A stretch of DNA of 64,000 bases from Candidatus Heimdallarchaeum endolithica (lineage in GTDB: Archaea > Asgardarchaeota > Heimdallarchaeia > Heimdallarchaeales > Heimdallarchaeaceae): the NCBI GenBank assembly GCA_021513715.1, contig CP084167.1, positions 1,568,001 to 1,632,000 of the forward strand, written 5' to 3'. A model generated the notes under the pieces. The model did not search any database, was not told the DNA's origin, and worked only from the letters and a program-made list of their open reading frames with translations. The position numbers and the translations under genes were made by a program. Position 1 is the first letter of the stretch. Each line of letters begins with the position of its first letter. Of the stretch, positions 60,446 through 64,000 are shown one piece after another.

Positions 60446-61312
60446 ATGAGTATTCGAATTGTAACAGATAGTGCGTCTGATATAGATAGAAACTTTGCTA
60501 AAGAAAAAAAAGTAGCCGTTGTTCCTTTATCTGTCACCTATAATACTGGTGAAACATTTAAAGAAGATGAGAATTTCGATTTTGACAAATATTACAATAA
60601 TTATTCAGATCCAGATTTTTCGGTAACAACGTCACAACCTTCACCAAAGGATTTTCTTAACGTGTATGAACAGTTAAAAAAAGAATGTGCAAAAGAAATT
60701 ATTGTAATTACAATTAGTTCTGGTCTATCTGGAACTCTTAATAGTGCACAATTAGCAGCTAAAATGTTTCTGAAAATAGAAAAAGATATTGAAATTTATT
60801 TTGTAGACTCATTAAATGCTTCCATACCAGAAACTTTTCTTGTAGAAGAGGGGCTAAAATTAATAGATAAGGGTCTTTCAGGTAAGGAAATAGCTGAAAA
60901 GCTGCAAAACTCTACAAATAAAATAACTACATTAATTTTATTACCTACACTTTATTATCTAAGAAAAGGAGGAAGAATAAGCGCTGCTAAATATCTCCTC
61001 GGAAGGTTGCTACAATTAAAACCCATCACAATTGTAAACGAAGAAGGAAAGAATGAAGTCACAGCTACTGTTCGAGATTATGATGAGGGATTAGTAAAAA
61101 TGATCGAGATAGCAACTCAAAACTATACAAGAACACCCGTAGAAGTTGCAATAGTACACACAAATAGTATGGAACGTGCAACTAAACTACAAAATTTAAT
61201 AAAAGAAAAACTTGGAGACATAAAAATACGTATTGTTAGAAGTGGAGTAACTATTTCTGCTCATACAGGATCAAAATGTGTTTCGCTTATATCAAAATTC
61301 TTTGAATTTTAA
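60446..61312 (+). CDS. DegV/FakB family fatty-acid-binding protein
   Basis: IVTDSASD, TTSQPSP, ISSGLSGT, L.KGGRIS, AHTG. Confidence 0.93.
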   Translation: MSIRIVTDSASDIDRNFAKEKKVAVVPLSVTYNTGETFKEDENFDFDKYYNNYSDPDFSVTTSQPSPKDFLNVYEQLKKECAKEIIVITISSGLSGTLNSAQLAAKMFLKIEKDIEIYFVDSLNASIPETFLVEEGLKLIDKGLSGKEIAEKLQNSTNKITTLILLPTLYYLRKGGRISAAKYLLGRLLQLKPITIVNEEGKNEVTATVRDYDEGLVKMIEIATQNYTRTPVEVAIVHTNSMERATKLQNLIKEKLGDIKIRIVRSGVTISAHTGSKCVSLISKFFEF

Positions 61313-61343
61313 TTTTACTTCTTTTTTTAAAAAAAGAAAAAAG

Positions 61344-62036
61344 TTATTTTAGAATAATTCTTGCATCTACAGGAAATATTCCATCAGAGTTTGCAATTAA
61401 AGGATTAATATCCATTTCTCCTATGTATTCTCTGTATTCCCATGCTAAGTTAGAAAGTTTAGACATAATTTCTGCAAGTTGTTCTCTATTAACTGGAGCT
61501 AATCCTCGAAAGCCATTAAGCAATTTTTGTGTTTTTATTTCGTCAATGGCAGATAATGCTTGTTCTAGAGAGCATGGACACATTCTAAACACAACATCCT
61601 TTAGAGCTTCTACAAAGATACCACCTGGACCTACTAATATTACTGGTCCAAATGTTTTATCAATTTGGCTTCCTATAATTAGCTCAACTCCTTTTGCAAC
61701 CATTTTCTCTACCAATATTCCCACAACTTCTTTTTCAGCAAAACGGTTCATATAATCGTTAAATGTTTCTTTCACTTCTTCTACTGTAGCAATACCTATC
61801 TTTACAGCTTGTTCATCAGTTTTATGTAAAACTTTTGGTGACATCACTTTCATTGCAACAGGGCCATTAAATTCATTGAAAGCTTTAATTGCTTCTTCTT
61901 CTGTTTTAACAAGTTTCGAAGGTGGTAAAGGCAGGTCTAACAATCTAAGAATTTCTTTTGCTTCATGTTCAAGTAGAGCTTTTCTATTTTCCGACTTAAC
62001 TTTTTCGAATATTTCTTTTATTTGTACGTTCATCAT
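61344..62036 (-). CDS. ADP-forming acetate/acyl-CoA ligase, beta subunit
   Basis: LLEHEAK, HKTD, FGPVI..G.GGIFVE, DINPL, VDAR. Confidence 0.92.
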   Translation of the reverse strand: MMNVQIKEIFEKVKSENRKALLEHEAKEILRLLDLPLPPSKLVKTEEEAIKAFNEFNGPVAMKVMSPKVLHKTDEQAVKIGIATVEEVKETFNDYMNRFAEKEVVGILVEKMVAKGVELIIGSQIDKTFGPVILVGPGGIFVEALKDVVFRMCPCSLEQALSAIDEIKTQKLLNGFRGLAPVNREQLAEIMSKLSNLAWEYREYIGEMDINPLIANSDGIFPVDARIILK

Positions 62037-62047
62037 CCCATCTCCTT

Positions 62048-63460
62048 TTACAAATTTTTCCCTCTCTTCTTCAAGTAATTTGCATATTCAACAAGTCTTC
62101 CTACAGCTCTTATCGCGCTTCCAGGACTTTTAAAAACAGCAAAGTCTTCTTTTAGCAATACATCATAAGCATAATCTGCTTCCTCTCCTCCTATAAGTGC
62201 TGTTACAAAAGTTTTCTCTTTTCTGCTTGCTATTTTTCTTGTTATTTCAATATATTCATTGATATCTAAGTTAGGGATACTTGGAATACAGATATTAACT
62301 ACTGCATCAACCCCAGGATCTTCATAAACTGCTTCTAAAGCTTTTTCATAATCTTTTGCACTCGCTGAACCAGTAATATCAACAGGATTTGTTGTTGAAT
62401 AAAAGACGGGAAAGATCTCATCCATTTTTTTCTGAATCTCTGGTGAAAATTTAGCTAGTTGCAGTTTACAATCAGAAACCATATCAGAAGCCATCACACC
62501 AGCTCCTCCTCCATCTGTTACTATAGCAACTTTATTACCTTTGGGAAGAGGTTGGGTTGCAAATGAAATAACACAATCCTCTAGCTCATCCCAAGTAATT
62601 ACTCTCTGAAATCCTGCTTCTTGAAGCAAATCATCTACAATTGCATCATTTGAAGATAATGCTGCAGTATGTGACGCACCAGCCTTAGCGCCAGCTTCTG
62701 TTCTATTTGCTTTTATTCCAAGTACTGGTTTCTTTAAACTTACTTCTCTTAAGGTTCGCATAAATTTTCTACCGTTCTTAAAATCTTCAAGGTAAACAAG
62801 AATCATTTTAGTATCTTCATCTTCGCCTAAGTATTCAATACAATCTGCTTCATTAATATCAGAAGCATTGCCATAAGAAATAAATCGCGCAATCCAATTT
62901 CCAGAACCCAGTCTAGCTAACTGATCAATAAATGCTGCACCAAATGCTCCACTTTGCGTAAAAATTGACACATTTCCAGGTTTTGGCCTTTTTAGCTTGC
63001 TTGTTGGTAAGAACATAGTATCATAACCTAATGCAGGAGAATATAATCCCAAACAATTAGGCCCAATAACGTTAATGTTATATGTTTTCATAATTTCATT
63101 CATTCTATTCTGTATAGCAACTCCTTCCTCACCTATTTCTGCAAAACCCCCAGTAGTTACAATTACATTTTTGATATTCTTTTTTCCACATTCTTCCAAC
63201 GCTTGTGGGGCAAACTTTGCTGGAACGATTATAATTGCAGTATCAATTTCTTCTTCAATATCTAACACAGATTTATATAAAGTATATTCTTTACCTGCAA
63301 AAATATGTGTTCCTCCCCGAGGATTGACTAAAAACAATTTACCGGGAAAATCTTTTGCAAAATTTTCAGCAACAACGCCTCCAGGCTTCAATAAATTTGT
63401 TGAAGCACCAATTACACAGAAACTTTTCGCATTAAAGAAATTAGTTATTCTATTGCTCAT
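62048..63460 (-). CDS. ADP-forming acetate/acyl-CoA ligase, alpha subunit
   Basis: VIGAS, GPNCLG, QSGA, SHTAAL, GGGAG, NPVDITG. Confidence 0.92.
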   Translation of the reverse strand: MSNRITNFFNAKSFCVIGASTNLLKPGGVVAENFAKDFPGKLFLVNPRGGTHIFAGKEYTLYKSVLDIEEEIDTAIIIVPAKFAPQALEECGKKNIKNVIVTTGGFAEIGEEGVAIQNRMNEIMKTYNINVIGPNCLGLYSPALGYDTMFLPTSKLKRPKPGNVSIFTQSGAFGAAFIDQLARLGSGNWIARFISYGNASDINEADCIEYLGEDEDTKMILVYLEDFKNGRKFMRTLREVSLKKPVLGIKANRTEAGAKAGASHTAALSSNDAIVDDLLQEAGFQRVITWDELEDCVISFATQPLPKGNKVAIVTDGGGAGVMASDMVSDCKLQLAKFSPEIQKKMDEIFPVFYSTTNPVDITGSASAKDYEKALEAVYEDPGVDAVVNICIPSIPNLDINEYIEITRKIASRKEKTFVTALIGGEEADYAYDVLLKEDFAVFKSPGSAIRAVGRLVEYANYLKKRGKNL

Positions 63461-63587
63461 TCTTATCGTTTTTCAGATTTTTAAATGGATTAAAAATTTT
63501 TGGAAAAATACCTTTTACGAAATACAATTAATTACTAATAAAAATTAAATAGGAGAAATGAGATTGTAAAAAAAGGAAGGGTTTACA

Positions 63588-64000
63588 TTGAGAAAAAGCA
63601 GAAGTCTATCAAATATCTTTGCAATATTCATAGGAGTTGTTGCAATTGGCGGAATCGGTTATTTAGGTTCCTATTTGAATATTGGATGGATAGTATTAGT
63701 AGGAATATTCGTTGGTGCTCTTCTCATAGGTTTTTTTGCTTATGGTGACGATGGAGTTAAACTTGCTGTAATTTTTGGATTTATTTTAGTCGTATTGGGT
63801 ATAATAACTGCAGTAATTCTTTATACTCAATTTGGGCAACTAACAGGAAGTGCAGATAATATCGCTGAAGCAATAGGAAATATTATAGGAGGAATATTAC
63901 TACTAGTCTTAGCTATTTTTGCATTTATTGGAAGCATAGTAGTTGCAGTAATAATGGCCATTGGTTCTGTAATTGGACGTGCAATAGGAAGATCTGTTTG
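63588..64000 (+). CDS. Gly-rich membrane protein, runs off the window end
   Basis: Open frame from TTG 63588 (MRKSRSLSNIFAIFIGVVAIGGIG...); not in the ORF track. Confidence 0.65.
   Translation, partial: MRKSRSLSNIFAIFIGVVAIGGIGYLGSYLNIGWIVLVGIFVGALLIGFFAYGDDGVKLAVIFGFILVVLGIITAVILYTQFGQLTGSADNIAEAIGNIIGGILLLVLAIFAFIGSIVVAVIMAIGSVIGRAIGRSV

Noticed and set aside
3080-63548. Many short antisense or overlapping ORFs in the track
   Set aside because: They are shadows of well-supported genes and have no motifs of their own.

Overview
AT-rich archaeal chromosome segment. It is most likely from an Asgard (Heimdallarchaeia-like) archaeon, inferred from the longin-type proteins, a long RPB5-like Rpo5, OapABC, archaeal GluRS and an intron-containing tRNA-Tyr with C1-G72. 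Most genes are housekeeping or metabolic: F420 genes (cofD/cofC, Ddn-type reductase), three fructose-bisphosphate enzymes in a row, tungsten AOR, ADP-forming acyl-CoA synthetase, PlsY/DegV, and a MoxR/DUF58 membrane operon. There are also two tRNAs and a clear box C/D sRNA. The main finding is a pair of transposase-less insertions 33 kb apart with the same end architecture: AT core, 11 nt, TTACGTAA ... TTACGTAA, 11 nt, AT core. Their right-hand targets are near-identical (AT-GCAAYAGA). One carries a TnpB with a Fanzor-type rearranged RuvC site and splits a lipid-kinase gene. The other carries only a structured putative ncRNA and abuts a precise 621-bp inversion bounded by AT dinucleotides. Undoing both events restores a single reading frame for a beta-propeller surface protein. 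All calls come from reading motifs by eye; no searches were run.
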